Below the pieces are notes generated by a model. That model was given only the letters and a program-made list of their open reading frames with translations, had not been told where the DNA came from and ran no database searches. The position numbers and the translations under genes were made by a program. A DNA stretch of 63,973 bases, the filler included, from Octopus bimaculoides (taxonomy: Eukaryota): assembly GCF_001194135.2 (NCBI RefSeq). It is 7 parts of 5 records of this genome, joined end to end, with 100 filler letters (N's around TTAATTAATTAA, not from the genome) between each part and the next. Parts side by side here need not be neighbours in the genome. Positions count along the whole stretch, not along the records: positions 5,140 to 27,272 come from NC_068988.1; 6 more parts are not named here. One strand, given 5' to 3'. Of this stretch, positions 12,755 through 24,762 are shown piece after piece. Every line of letters begins with the position of its first letter. The stretch's first letter is position 1.

Positions 12755-13307
12755 TAATCCTTTCTACTATAGGTCCAAGGCCTGAGATTTCGGGGCAGGG
12801 GACTTTTCAATTACATCAGCCCTACTGCTCAACTAGTACTTATTTTACGTAAATACGGACGAAATGCCGATTACCATTTAGCCCAGCGTGCTAAAGATTT
12901 TGCCAGGTCGCTGCTTTATAAACTAAAAATATTGATTTCAAATTTTGGTACAAAGCCAGTAGTTTTAGGGGAGGGAAAAAGTCGATTATATCGACCCCAG
13001 TCCTCAACTGGTACTTATTTTATCGATCTCGACAGGATGAGGTGCAAAGTCGACCTCGGAGGCATTTGAATTCAGAACGTAAAAACGGACGAAATACAGC
13101 AATGCATTTTGCTTGGCGTGCTAACAGTTTTCCCAGCCTGATTCCAAATTTTGGCACAACGTCAGCAAGTACGGAATGGGGTTTAGGCGATCCCAGTGTT
13201 CAGCTGGTGCTTATTTTATCGACCTCGAAAGGATGAAAGGCAAAGTCGACCTCGACGGATTTTAAACTCAGAACGTGAAGACGGACGAAATGCTAGCTCA
13301 CCGCCTA
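12755..13307 (-). mobile_element. Cluster of three SINE family B copies
   Basis: Repeated core gttctgagttcaaat..gaggtcgactttgcctttcatcctttcggggtcgataaaataagtaccag on the minus strand. Confidence 0.8.
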
Positions 13308-13507
13308 AATAAACCACAAATATTAAACAATAAAAAAGCAAATGGTAAAAATAAACAGTGTGAATGATAAAGAATATAAACATTAAAACAGAAAAACTAA
13401 AAATAAACAAGAAGCAAACAATTAATAAAGTTGGTTTAAATTTGGATGCCAATATATTAACTGATGTGTCATCGATATGTAATATTGATTGATTCCCAAT
13501 GGAATTT

Positions 13508-13541
<34 letters not shown>

Positions 13542-13553
13542 TCAGTAAATAGT

Positions 13554-13599
<46 letters not shown>

Positions 13600-13954
13600 N
13601 NNNNNNNNNNNNNNNNNNNNNNNNNNNNNNNNNNNNNNNNNNNNNNNNNNNNNNNNNNNNNNNNNNNNNNNNNNNNNNNNNNNNNNNNNNNNNNNNNNNN
13701 NNNNNNNNNNNNNNNNNNNNNNNNNNNNNNNNNNNNNNNNNNNNNNNNNNNNNNNNNNNNNNNNNNNNNNNNNNNNNNNNNNNNNNNNNNNNNNNNNNNN
13801 NNNNNNNNNNNNNNNNNNNNNNNNNNNNNNNNNNNNNNNNNNNNNNNNNNNNNNNNNNNNNNNNNNNNNNNNNNNNNNNNNNNNNNNNNNNNNNNNNNNN
13901 NNNNNNNNNNNNNNNNNNNNNNNNNNNNNNNNNNNNNNNNNNNNNNNNNNNNNN

Positions 13955-14065
13955 ATTACCTGAAATGCAATATGAAGAGCAATCTTCAGCTGCACGAAAA
14001 AATGCATTTTTTCTGCATTTTTTCGTGCAGCTGAAGATTGCTCTTCATATTGCATTTAAGGTAAT
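13955..14065. repeat. 52-bp-arm inverted repeat, 7-nt spacer
   Basis: Arms 13955-14006 and 14014-14065 with one mismatch. Confidence 0.92.
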
Positions 14066-14114
14066 GCTCACATTACTTAAATAAATTGAAGTAGCATGAA
14101 ACGTGCGTACTGCA
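14026..14114 (+). ncRNA. Hammerhead ribozyme, type I, intact core, extended helix II
   Basis: Helix I tgcag(14026-30)/ctgca(14110-14); CTGAAGA 14031-37; helix II tgct-cttca/tgaag-t-agca plus inner hairpin 14054-66/14071-82; GAAA 14098-14101; helix III ACG-TG-CGT; GUA site at 14107-09. T.T mismatch at 10.1-11.1. Confidence 0.75.
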
Positions 14115-14234
14115 ATCACTTTTGAAATCCGTGTTGCTTATTGTTTGATTTTAATCACCCATCCTTTTGGGATGTGATATTCGGGTGCCTTCGCATAAGT
14201 ACCATATTCAAGCCTTGAATCTATATCTAAACCG

Positions 14235-14266
<32 letters not shown>

Positions 14267-14534
14267 CCAAACATGAACAAGCAAGAAAAAACACGAAAAA
14301 ACAACAACGCGAGGATGTGGAATATATATATATATAAAATCTTTTCTTGGTTTAAGTAAACAGACTGCGGCCATGTTGGGGCACTGCATTGTATGATTTT
14401 ATTTTAAAACTGGTACGTATTCTATCGTTCTCTTTTTGCCAAACCATTAAGTTTCGGGGACGCAAACACATCAGCACCGGTTGTCAAACACAACGACACA
14501 CACACATACACACACACATACATACGTACATACA

Positions 14535-14568
<34 letters not shown>

Positions 14569-14747
14569 CATACATACTTAAATGTATATATGTATATATG
14601 TATCTCTCTCTATATATATATTTAAATAATGAGGATGAAAATTAATATTAATTAAATTAATATCAATTTAAACCATTGGCCTAGCATATTTAAAAAAATC
14701 CGAAGATTCAGAAAACTTATATTACATACATATAAGAGGAATGACTA

Positions 14748-14833
14748 CTAGGTGGATATCCATTATGCTAAACGTAGACCCATATGGTCTGACCATATGG
14801 TGTCTACCTTTAGCAAATTAGGAATCCACCTAG
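14748..14833. repeat. 86-nt imperfect palindrome
   Basis: ctaggtggat...ccatatggtc T gaccatatgg...atccacctag; outer and inner 10 bp pair perfectly. Confidence 0.85.
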
Positions 14834-15889
14834 TGCTCATTCCTCTTATATGTATATATATATGTATGTTTATATATACATATATATATATATANNNNNN
14901 NNNNNNNNNNNNNNNNNNNNNNNNNNNNNNNNNNNNNNNNNNNNNNNNNNNNNNNNNNNNNNNNNNNNNNNNNNNNNNNNNNNNNNNNNNNNNNNNNNNN
15001 NNNNNNNNNNNNNNNNNNNNNNNNNNNNNNNNNNNNNNNNNNNNNNNNNNNNNNNNNNNNNNNNNNNNNNNNNNNNNNNNNNNNNNNNNNNNNNNNNNNN
15101 NNNNNNNNNNNNNNNNNNNNNNNNNNNNNNNNNNNNNNNNNNNNNNNNNNNNNNNNNNNNNNNNNNNNNNNNNNNNNNNNNNNNNNNNNNNNNNNNNNNN
15201 NNNNNNNNNNNNNNNNNNNNNNNNNNNNNNNNNNNNNNNNNNNNNNNNNNNNNNNNNNNNNNNNNNNNNNNNNNNNNNNNNNNNNNNNNNNNNNNNNNNN
15301 NNNNNNNNNNNNNNNNNNNNNNNNNNNNNNNNNNNNNNNNNNNNNNNNNNNNNNNNNNNNNNNNNNNNNNNNNNNNNNNNNNNNNNNNNNNNNNNNNNNN
15401 NNNNNNNNNNNNNNNNNNNNNNNNNNNNNNNNNNNNNNNNNNNNNNNNNNNNNNNNNNNNNNNNNNNNNNNNNNNNNNNNNNNNNNNNNNNNNNNNNNNN
15501 NNNNNNNNNNNNNNNNNNNNNNNNNNNNNNNNNNNNNNNNNNNNNNNNNNNNNNNNNNNNNNNNNNNNNNNNNNNNNNNNNNNNNNNNNNNNNNNNNNNN
15601 NNNNNNNNNNNNNNNNNNNNNNNNNNNNNNNNNNNNNNNNNNNNNNNNNNNNNNNNNNNNNNNNNNNNNNNNNNNNNNNNNNNNNNNNNNNNNNNNNNNN
15701 NNNNNNNNNNNNNNNNNNNNNNNNNNNNNNNNNNNNNNNNNNNNNNNNNNNNNNNNNNNAACCAAGGTCAGAAGAGTGACGGTGGCGGGGGGGAAATGAC
15801 CACTTTTGTGACCTATTAATTTTGCCTTTAGGTTCAAATTGCTTATAAGCCACCCATTCAATTTGTTGTATATACATGTTTGTGCGTGC

Positions 15890-15920
<31 letters not shown>

Positions 15921-16394
15921 TGTGTGTGTGTGTGTGTGTTTGTGTGTGTGCGTGTGCGCGCGCGCGTGTGTGAGTGAGTGTGTGTGTGTGAAATAAAATG
16001 AGGCAACAAAGCCGAGGCAGTGTGAAATGTCTGGGAGATTTATAAAGAGAAAGGTTGTCTTACAGCTGTTTCATGGATATAAAGGATATCCCATCATTAG
16101 GGATGATATGAGAGAATTTAATAAAGGGAAATAGTAGAGTTCAGTATAAGAAGTTATTTTGGAAATGGAGAGATATAGGAAGTATAAATAGAAATATGAG
16201 AATAAAAATAAAAATATGTGTTGGATGTTACAGTTACAGTTACATTATCCAAGGAATGTGGTGTATAGAATGGGTAGAAATGCTTCTTGACCATGGTTTG
16301 TAAATTCCGATAGGAGTTCATATTTTGTTATCCTATATATATGCTGTTCTATCAGTATTTACGCGTTGAAAAATATATCTTTCTACCTGTAATA

Positions 16395-16447
<53 letters not shown>

Positions 16448-16684
16448 GAGAGAAAGAGAGAGAGAGAGAAAAAAAGGTAGACAGTCTCTGTATATCTGTG
16501 CATGTCGAGGCTGGTGGGATGAAAAGTTCGGAAGTTTGCTTTAGAACCACGAGGTTCAGGTTCGATTACGTTATGATGCAACTGAGGCATGAATCATTTA
16601 CCATTTCAGGAAAGACTCAACTCTACCCTTGGGGATTAAAATTGGGTGGCTGCAAACTGTGCGGAAGCCAGTCGGGAAGATTGT

Positions 16685-16726
<42 letters not shown>

Positions 16727-16776
16727 ATATATATATATATATATATAGTGTATGTACATACGCATGTATTATGTGC

Positions 16777-16823
<47 letters not shown>

Positions 16824-16984
16824 TATATATTTTTGCATTTAAAGACCCTACCAACGTATGCACACGCACACACTCGCAAACATATATTTAGTGTATATAT
16901 ATGTATTACATATGTACACGTGCATGCGTACACACACATTTATTCTTATACATTTATTTCTAATGTTATCTTTTGTTCTTATTT

Positions 16985-19045
16985 CTTTTGTGTGGAGGAA
17001 GTGGTTATGCCGGATGGTTTTCACAAATCTGCTACCAGGCAACAAGAAACCTTCACCAATTTTTTTTTCTAGGCAGTTAACCATTCTCCGATTGCGACCT
17101 TCAGAGAGAAATCGGTTACTCTGGATCTCGGTCTCTGGGGAGTGTTTAAATGGCTTTTTGTAGTCACTAAATTACCGACTTCAGTTCTTGGAGTTGATTT
17201 CCTACATATTTTCGGCCTTTTAGTTGATGTCAAACACCATAGATTAGTGGATACCAACACTGATCTTAGAGTACAAGGAGTTGGCACCAGGGTCCCTTTT
17301 ATCAGCCTTATTTTCTTAAGCCTCTTTGTTCAAACAGGTACAACACTTTTTGCGCAAGTACCTGATATTAATCGTCCTACTACTCACTCTGTGACTCATC
17401 ATATTGTTATAGATAGGCCACCGGTTTTTTCCAAATCGCGCCGACCTGCGAAGGCTGAGTTTGGACACATGCTGAAACTGGGCACAATTCATCAATCCAG
17501 TAGCAATTAGTCCTCACACCTTCATATGGTTCCCCACTCAAAAAAAAAAAAAAAATCATCAGGTGACTGACGACTCTGTGGTGCCTTTTTCATGCTCGCA
17601 CGAAATCCGATAAATACCCTGTACCTCATTTTACAGGACTTTTCTTCTACTCTACTTGGTGCGAGAGTACTTTCAAAAATTGATCTCGTTTGGGTACACA
17701 ATCAAATATCCATCGAAACGAAGGATATCTCTAAAATGGCTAATACTTCTCCCTTCGGGCTTCTCGAATTCTCAAAATGCCATTTCATTTATGCAATGCT
17801 TCCTCAACTTTCTAGCGTTTCATTGATGCCATATTCCAAAATTAACCCTGTGACTATACGTATATTGAAGACTTGCTTGCTGCCAGCACAACCGAAGACG
17901 AGCACGAAAAATATCTGCAGCTACTTTTCGATCGTCTTTCTCACGATGATGTTATCAAGTAGAATGAATGCTATTTGTGAGCTTCTTCTTTAGATTTTAT
18001 GGGACACTATAATGAAAAAGGAATTTTCGCCCTCTCGACGAGAGGGTTAAATCAATTTTAAATTTTCTCACCTCTACTTCCTTGAAAACACTGAGAGAGA
18101 GTTTATCGGCCTGATCAATTTTTATCGTCGATTTAATGAAATCAAGATAGCCTTAGCTGACGCTACGATGTTAGTTCATCCGAAGCCCGATACACCACTC
18201 TGTTAGTTGATGTATCGGATGTTGGCGTTGGTGGCGTTCTCAACAGGATGTTAACGGAACCCGGCAACACTTTTCTTCTCCAAGCGACTCAAACCGGTCG
18301 GACTTTTGGTTGAGAATTGTTAGTAACGTATCTTAGTATGAAACACTTCTGGCACATGCTGGAAGGTTATGTGTTTTCTTTCTATACTTATAACAATCCT
18401 CTAACATACGCTCTGCGTTCCAAGCCTGACCGTCACTCGCCGAGGGAAATTCGGCACCTTGAATTCATATCCCAATACACCACATGTATGCGGCACATTA
18501 AGAGTTCATATAATTCTGCTGCTGACGCACTTTCTCGCATCCATATTGCCGCAGTACTTACTATTGTTTTTATAAATCTCCCAGAGTTAGCTGCTGACTC
18601 GGAAAACGATAAAGAACTTCTCAAACTTCGAAATTCTTCCTTTTCTCTCTCTTTCAAACTTCTTCCTCTACCCTCTTCTGGTGCAGCATTTCTACATTCC
18701 AAAGAAGCACAGACATTTTTTTTCTCTGCTCTGCACAATCTATTTCATCCTGGAGCAAATTTCACCCCGAAGATGATCGCCGCCCAATTTGTATAAGCTG
18801 TTATGAACAAAGATGTCAGGGAATGGGTCAAGAGTTGCATCCCTTGACAGAAGGCGAAAATTCATCACCATATTAAATCATATCTGGGAACTTTCACAAC
18901 ACACGATGCATAGTTTCAACGTATGCATAATGACATCCTCGGACCACTTCCAGCGCCTCAAAATTGTACACACCTCTTAATCTGTGTGGATCGCTTTTCT
19001 CAACGTCTTGAAGCTATCCCTCTTGAAGCTGTCCCTCTTCAAGAT
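16985..19045 (+). mobile_element. Ty3/Gypsy LTR retrotransposon pol remnant (PR-RT-RNaseH-IN)
   Basis: Protease end VLGVDFLHIFGLLVDVK; RT SKIDLVWVHNQISIETKDISKMANTSPFGLLEF; RNase H ELL..YLSMKHFWHMLEG..PREIRHLEFISQY..NSAADALSR; integrase LHNLFHPG..KSCIP*QK..DILGPLP..LICVDRFS. Heavily frameshifted; LTRs not defined. Confidence 0.92.
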
Positions 19046-20534
19046 TAGAACCTGATAGTCAGCAGACAATAGCTGAACCAGCAGCAGCCAGGACGCTGTC
19101 ACAACAAAAAACAATCGACGGTGACGACAGTAATGCACAATGACCAAGAAACTTTATGACAGCGGCTACTATCATAGCTAGTCCAAGAACAATAAACTTC
19201 GGATTATCTCGCTGTTTCTAGTTCTTAGTAACTACAACATATTTTTTGTTAACGATCAAATATCAAATAAATTTCCAGGTTCTATATCGTATCAACTATA
19301 ATTACGTCCGTGTGTCCATGTTCACTGGTGTAAATTAGTGTGCTGAACCGTGTTCTTTTATGAAAAATCTATTTTAGCCTTTCTACAAACATAAATCAAT
19401 AAAATATGTATCAGAATGAAATAAGGGCTATGGTGCCCCGAAAGCGGTGCCCCAGGAAAGCTGCGGTCCACTGAAGAATAAAGATGAATAAAAACATTGC
19501 AGCATTCAGTTCATCTTTCATAAAAAAATATTGTATTTTTTCTCAATATGGCCAAGTGGATGGATAAGATTACAACAGCAGAACGTTTGATTCGATTTCG
19601 ATTCACGGTTGTACTCTCTTTTCCCTTTGTTGTGGCTTCTAATATTTTGAGGGAAGTAACGAACATCACATCATCCAGTTATCCTTCACATTTGTTGTTC
19701 GAAAATCTGAGAGAAACTAGTGATCACTTCTGTCCACATTATGAGCTGTATAAATTGCATAAGCAAAAGAAACTGGTGATGTGGTTTCAACTCCCATTTA
19801 ATACTGCTTCATTGTCACCACTGTCGTTTTCTATTATCACTCAATATCTTCTCCTCTATAAATATCATTTTTGATTGTTATCATATCATGTCCTCTTCTC
19901 GACAATATCGTAGTCTTCTCCGTCAAATGTAATCTGTTTTAAAATATCATAGACCGCCGCATTGAATTCATCAACATGCTTACTTTAATCCCTTTATATT
20001 TCCCGTTTAAATCCTACGATGCCTCCCATCCTTCCGGGATCGATAAGGAGCGGTAATATGGCGGGAAATAGATCCAATAAACTGTGTTTATCCTCTACAG
20101 AATTGAAAACACATGATGACATGATATTAATAATAATAATAATAATAATGATAACAATAGTTGTAGTAGTAGAAGTAGTAGTGGTAGCAGCAGCAATAGC
20201 AGTAGTAGTAGTAACTGGCCTTCTGCCGAGTGCCAATATATTAATATTCATTAGTGTCGGTTGATGGGGTCTGATGTTATGAATGGATATTATCCATCTT
20301 ATGTGGAAATATATTAAGTAACTGGCCAAGCGTAACATTGGGGGCTGGTAAATAAAAGGGGCCAACACTGTAATACCAGTTCTATTTTTTTGTTTCGAGG
20401 TGAGGTGGGGACCACAGTAGTCCGCCCTTTTGTTTATTGAATGTAAACAGTCACTAATAAATAGTGCGACAAAAGAGGGATGGGGGCGTTGCAGAGTAAT
20501 GACAGTGAATAGGCATATAGAGGGCTCATTGTGG

Positions 20535-20880
20535 ATGCTGCTGCTGCTTTATTGATATTGCTGCTGCTGTTGTTGTTGTTGTCGTTGTTGCTAATGTTGT
20601 TATTACTGCTGTTGCGATTGCTGTTCATGTTGATGTTGTTCTTGCTTTTGTTATTGATGTTGCTGCTGCTGTTACCACTGCTACCATTGTTGTTGTTGCC
20701 ACTGCTGCTACCATCGTGGTTACTGCTACTGCTGTTGTTGTTGTTGTTGTTGTTGTTGGCATTGCTGCTGCTGCTGCTGCTGCTATTACTCTTACTGTTG
20801 TTGTTGTAGTTCCCGATGCTGTTGTCATTGGTGTTGCTGCTATGGGTACTGTTGTTGGTGGTGTTGTTGATACTGCTGTC
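20535..20880. repeat. (GTT)/(GCT) trinucleotide low-complexity tract
   Basis: Direct reading; source of spurious poly-L/N/T ORFs. Confidence 0.93.
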
Positions 20881-21560
20881 TATCCCCAGGTGGTCTGTAA
20901 ATGAATAAGCAGACATATAAGGAAATGCGCCCTAGCCGTGACCATCCCATCTCTGTTTCGTGAGAAGTGGTGGACTGGCGCCAGCTACATTATGACGAGA
21001 TTTGCTGCAATAAGGAACAAGCGTTTGTGGTCGTAGTGGTGTCGTTGGTGTGGCTGTGTTGGTGGTGTTTAGCCACATGACAGGTTTTATCAAGCAGGCA
21101 TACGATCAGCGGCGTTCCAACTTTAGCCACTCCTTCCATCTTTACACATAATGTAATTATTCATTCTGAATGTCCTTCCTTGCACTAAGACAGTAGAATG
21201 TGATTTGACGGCAATTTGGTGCTATTTCCAACACACTGAGCCATCAGGCAAAGGCTTCCTCATTTTCAACGTGTTGGTAGGGGTATGGAGACCGTTGTTG
21301 CTTAAATAGTCTCTGATTGAGCAGATCTATGATCAAATACGATCTAGCCTCGACCAATTCTCCTTTATTCCTTTTAGTCATAGTGAATCTATAACTAGAT
21401 TTTCCAGTGTGTTCTCTTTCTGTTAAGATTTGAGGTATGTTGTGGGGACGATTAGGTTGCTACGTCTAGCAGGTGAAGTGAGCATGTAGAGTGGTCCATA
21501 GATATAACAACCAAATCTCTTGTTGACTCGAGGTTGTGATGTATAATAAAGGTGTTTGTG

Positions 21561-21631
<71 letters not shown>

Positions 21632-21769
21632 TCTCTCATGATATGATGACAAGATGAAAATTGAGAGTGGTAGAATTTGTTGGTCGATGGGAGTTCAGTG
21701 TCTACACATGCAGAGTATAGACAGAGGGTAGAATTGGATGCCAGAATTGCAGCGGCAGGTACAGTAATG

Positions 21770-22140
21770 CACCAGCTCTAGCGTTCGATTCTAAGAAGAG
21801 GAGACGTTGGTAAGAGAAAAAAAGAAGCCAAACTTGCTTTTGTCAACTCTACGAATACAAGAGGCTGAAATGGGGATCCTCCAAAGGATATCTGGAGGAA
21901 TATTACTCGATTGGGTGCATAACTCGGAGATCAGAAAATCTCTCCAGGTCGAGTCGTTACTTCTCTGCATTGAGAGATCACATCTCTGGCACGACGGACA
22001 TGTAGTTAGCATACCGCTGGAAAGGTTCGCAAGACAGATTCTTCAAGTCGAGTCAACCGGCAGGAGATATCAGTGTGGCCCACAAATAAAATGGGTTAGG
22101 CACTATCCATAGTCTCAGTTGGCAGAGCTTGGAAATCTAG
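21770..22140 (+). mobile_element. RTE-type LINE C-terminal fragment
   Basis: LRIQEAEMGILQRISGGILLDWVHNSEIRKSLQVESLLLCIERSHLWHDGHVVSIPLERFARQIL matches the RTE consensus (RIQAAEM.FLRRI.G..L.DRV.N..IR..L.V..L...IER.QL.W.GHV.RMP.ER). Confidence 0.8.
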
Positions 22141-22205
22141 CCAGAAAGTTTTATGATACTTGCTTCTGATAGGATTCGAAATTTGATAGCACACACACAC
22201 ACACA

Positions 22206-22265
<60 letters not shown>

Positions 22266-22682
22266 NNNNNNNNNNNNNNNNNNNNNNNNNNNNNNNNNNN
22301 NNNNNNNNNNNNNNNNNNNNNNNNNNNNNNNNNNNNNNNNNNNNNNNNNNNNNNNNNNNNNNNNNNNNNNNNNNNNNNNNNNNNNNNNNNNNNNNNNNNN
22401 NNNNNNNNNNNNNNNNNNNNNNNNNNNNNNNNNNNNNNNNNNNNNNNNNNNNNNNNNNNNNNNNNNNNNNNNNNNNNNNNNNNNNNNNNNNNNNNNNNNN
22501 NNNNNNNNNNNNNNNNNNNNNNNNNNNNNNNNNNNNNNNNNNNNNNNNNNNNNNNNNNNNNNNNNNNNNNNNNNNNNNNNNNNNNNNNNNNNNNNNNNNN
22601 NNNNNNNNNNNNNNNNNNNNNNNNNNNNNNNNNNNNNNNNNNNNNNNNNNNNNNNNNNNNNNNNNNNNNNNNNNNNNNNNNN

Positions 22683-22737
<55 letters not shown>

Positions 22738-23297
22738 AGTACACTGGATAGTCAAGTCTGAAAAGTAACTTTAAATGACCCAAAATTGTATTCAATGGAG
22801 TCCTCGGCTGATGGTGACTATTTCATAATTTATGGATATGTCCAAGGAAAGTTGATAGGTCCTAGTTTTGCTAATATTGTAGATGTTCTTAGCTTCTTTT
22901 CCTGTTCAGTCCCTCTCCGTGTAAGAGAGTATGAATGTTAGGCAACACTGCATGATTGAGGAATTCGTTGTCCTGTAGCATTCAGGGCACTCAGAGAAAC
23001 TGGTGCCGGCTTTAACAGCCTTTCCTCAAGAGAAGAAAATACAATTAAAGGGCTATAAAAAGGCGCAGAAGTGAGGAAAAGAAGAGTTCTTCGGTGAAGA
23101 AAGTCTATTTCCTTGTAAAATGAGAACATATCTTTAACAGGAGGAACCAATTTCCTCCCCGATTGAAATGTAGGCTTCAGCCGTTTGCAAGGAAAACGAA
23201 GAACTGAAAGACATTAATAAGATCTGCTTAGACTCTTAGGAGATTCTCATACGCAAAGATAGCAGTAAACTATCTTTGCCCGTAATAATAATATTTT

Positions 23298-23512
23298 CTA
23301 CAAAAAGTATAAGGCCTAAGACTTGAGGCGAGGGGGCTAATCGATTACATCGACCCTAGTGCTTAACTGGTACATATTTTATCGACTCCGAAAGGATCAA
23401 AGGTAATGTCGAACACGGCGAAATTTGAACTCAGAACATAAAGAGCCAGAATGAACACCGCTAAGCATTTTGTCCGACGGGCTAATGATTCTACCTGCTC
23501 ACTGCACTAATG
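23298..23512 (-). mobile_element. SINE family B copy
   Basis: Same core and tail as 42191-42630. Confidence 0.8.
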
Positions 23513-24424
23513 ATATTACTAAATTTCTGTGATAATTGCTCAACAGGGCGTAATGCACGTGCTAACTTATTGGGTGACAAATTATTATATGATGATTCCG
23601 AGCGTGTTTACGATGTCTTCCCTGACAAATATCCACGAAACGTGGCTTGTTCACGCTGACTCAGGGACTTTTCCTGGACTTTCCAAGACTAATTAACTAT
23701 GATCAGGAAGTGAATAAGTGTGGAACAGAAGCATAATCGAAGCCGTGATGTGCCCTGACCAATGTAAATGGACATTTCATTAATTATCATATAACTTGAT
23801 TTAATTGTTTTGGAATAACTTTCAAAATTATTCTGTGAACTTATTTGCATGCATTTTAAAAATTAATTTGATAAAAAAATTATTATGACTTTCGTTCTTA
23901 TCCTCGTTTTTATCGAACCTCTTTGCCTCACCCTACGTATGGTTAGTAAAGAAACAGTAATTAATGGCATTTATGTTACTATATGTGTTTGTTTCTCCAA
24001 CATACATCATATATAAATAAATATTACGATAGCTTTCATATTATGTAAATCAAAATATAAAATATATAAGACATACAAATACAGAAAACCACCAAGGTAA
24101 GAATATGCAACGACTATTGAAAAGGTTGCAAGACGCAACGAAAATTTTGGAAAACTAAAAAAGAAATAAGTGGAAATTTTACCGGCGCGTGTGTTAAATT
24201 ATAAGGTACCAAAAGAGAATGACTCTCCCCAAACACAACAGAATATGCTTCAACACACGAACTCGCAGAAAGAATCTTGCAAACCAAATCCAAAAGCGAA
24301 ATAAAAATATACATATATGTGAAAAAGACACATATAGGAGCGTCCCATGATGTATTTTGGTGGTTTGATACCGTATATAAAGTCGTTAACTCATTTTAAC
24401 GTTAGTTCTATGACCAAAGGCTAA

Positions 24425-24456
<32 letters not shown>

Positions 24457-24625
24457 ACATATACATATATACATATTTTTATATGTATATGCTATAGACC
24501 AGCAACAACTGGGATCACAACTTCAACTGTTACTCTTTGTAGTACAATGATAACATACAAACAAAAATACATTTCATTTACGTTCAATGTGGCTCAAATA
24601 AAACAACAATTTATTATTAATTCTT

Positions 24626-24762
24626 AGTCGACCTTCCGCCGAGATCAACTTTGCTTTCATCCTTTAGGGGTAGATTAAACAAGTACCAGTTGGGCATTGG
24701 GATCGATGAAATCGACTAGCCCCCCCCCCTCCAGGCCTTGTTCCTGTAATAGAAAGGATTAT
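24626..24762 (+). mobile_element. SINE family B, 5'-truncated
   Basis: Core ccgccgagatcaactttgctttcatcctttaggggtagat and tail ggccttgttcctgtaatagaaaggatt. Confidence 0.7.

Noticed and set aside
19431-19440. TGGTGCCCCG as a possible tRNA primer-binding site after the Gypsy remnant
   Set aside because: Only 10 nt, downstream of pol, and no LTR could be delimited.
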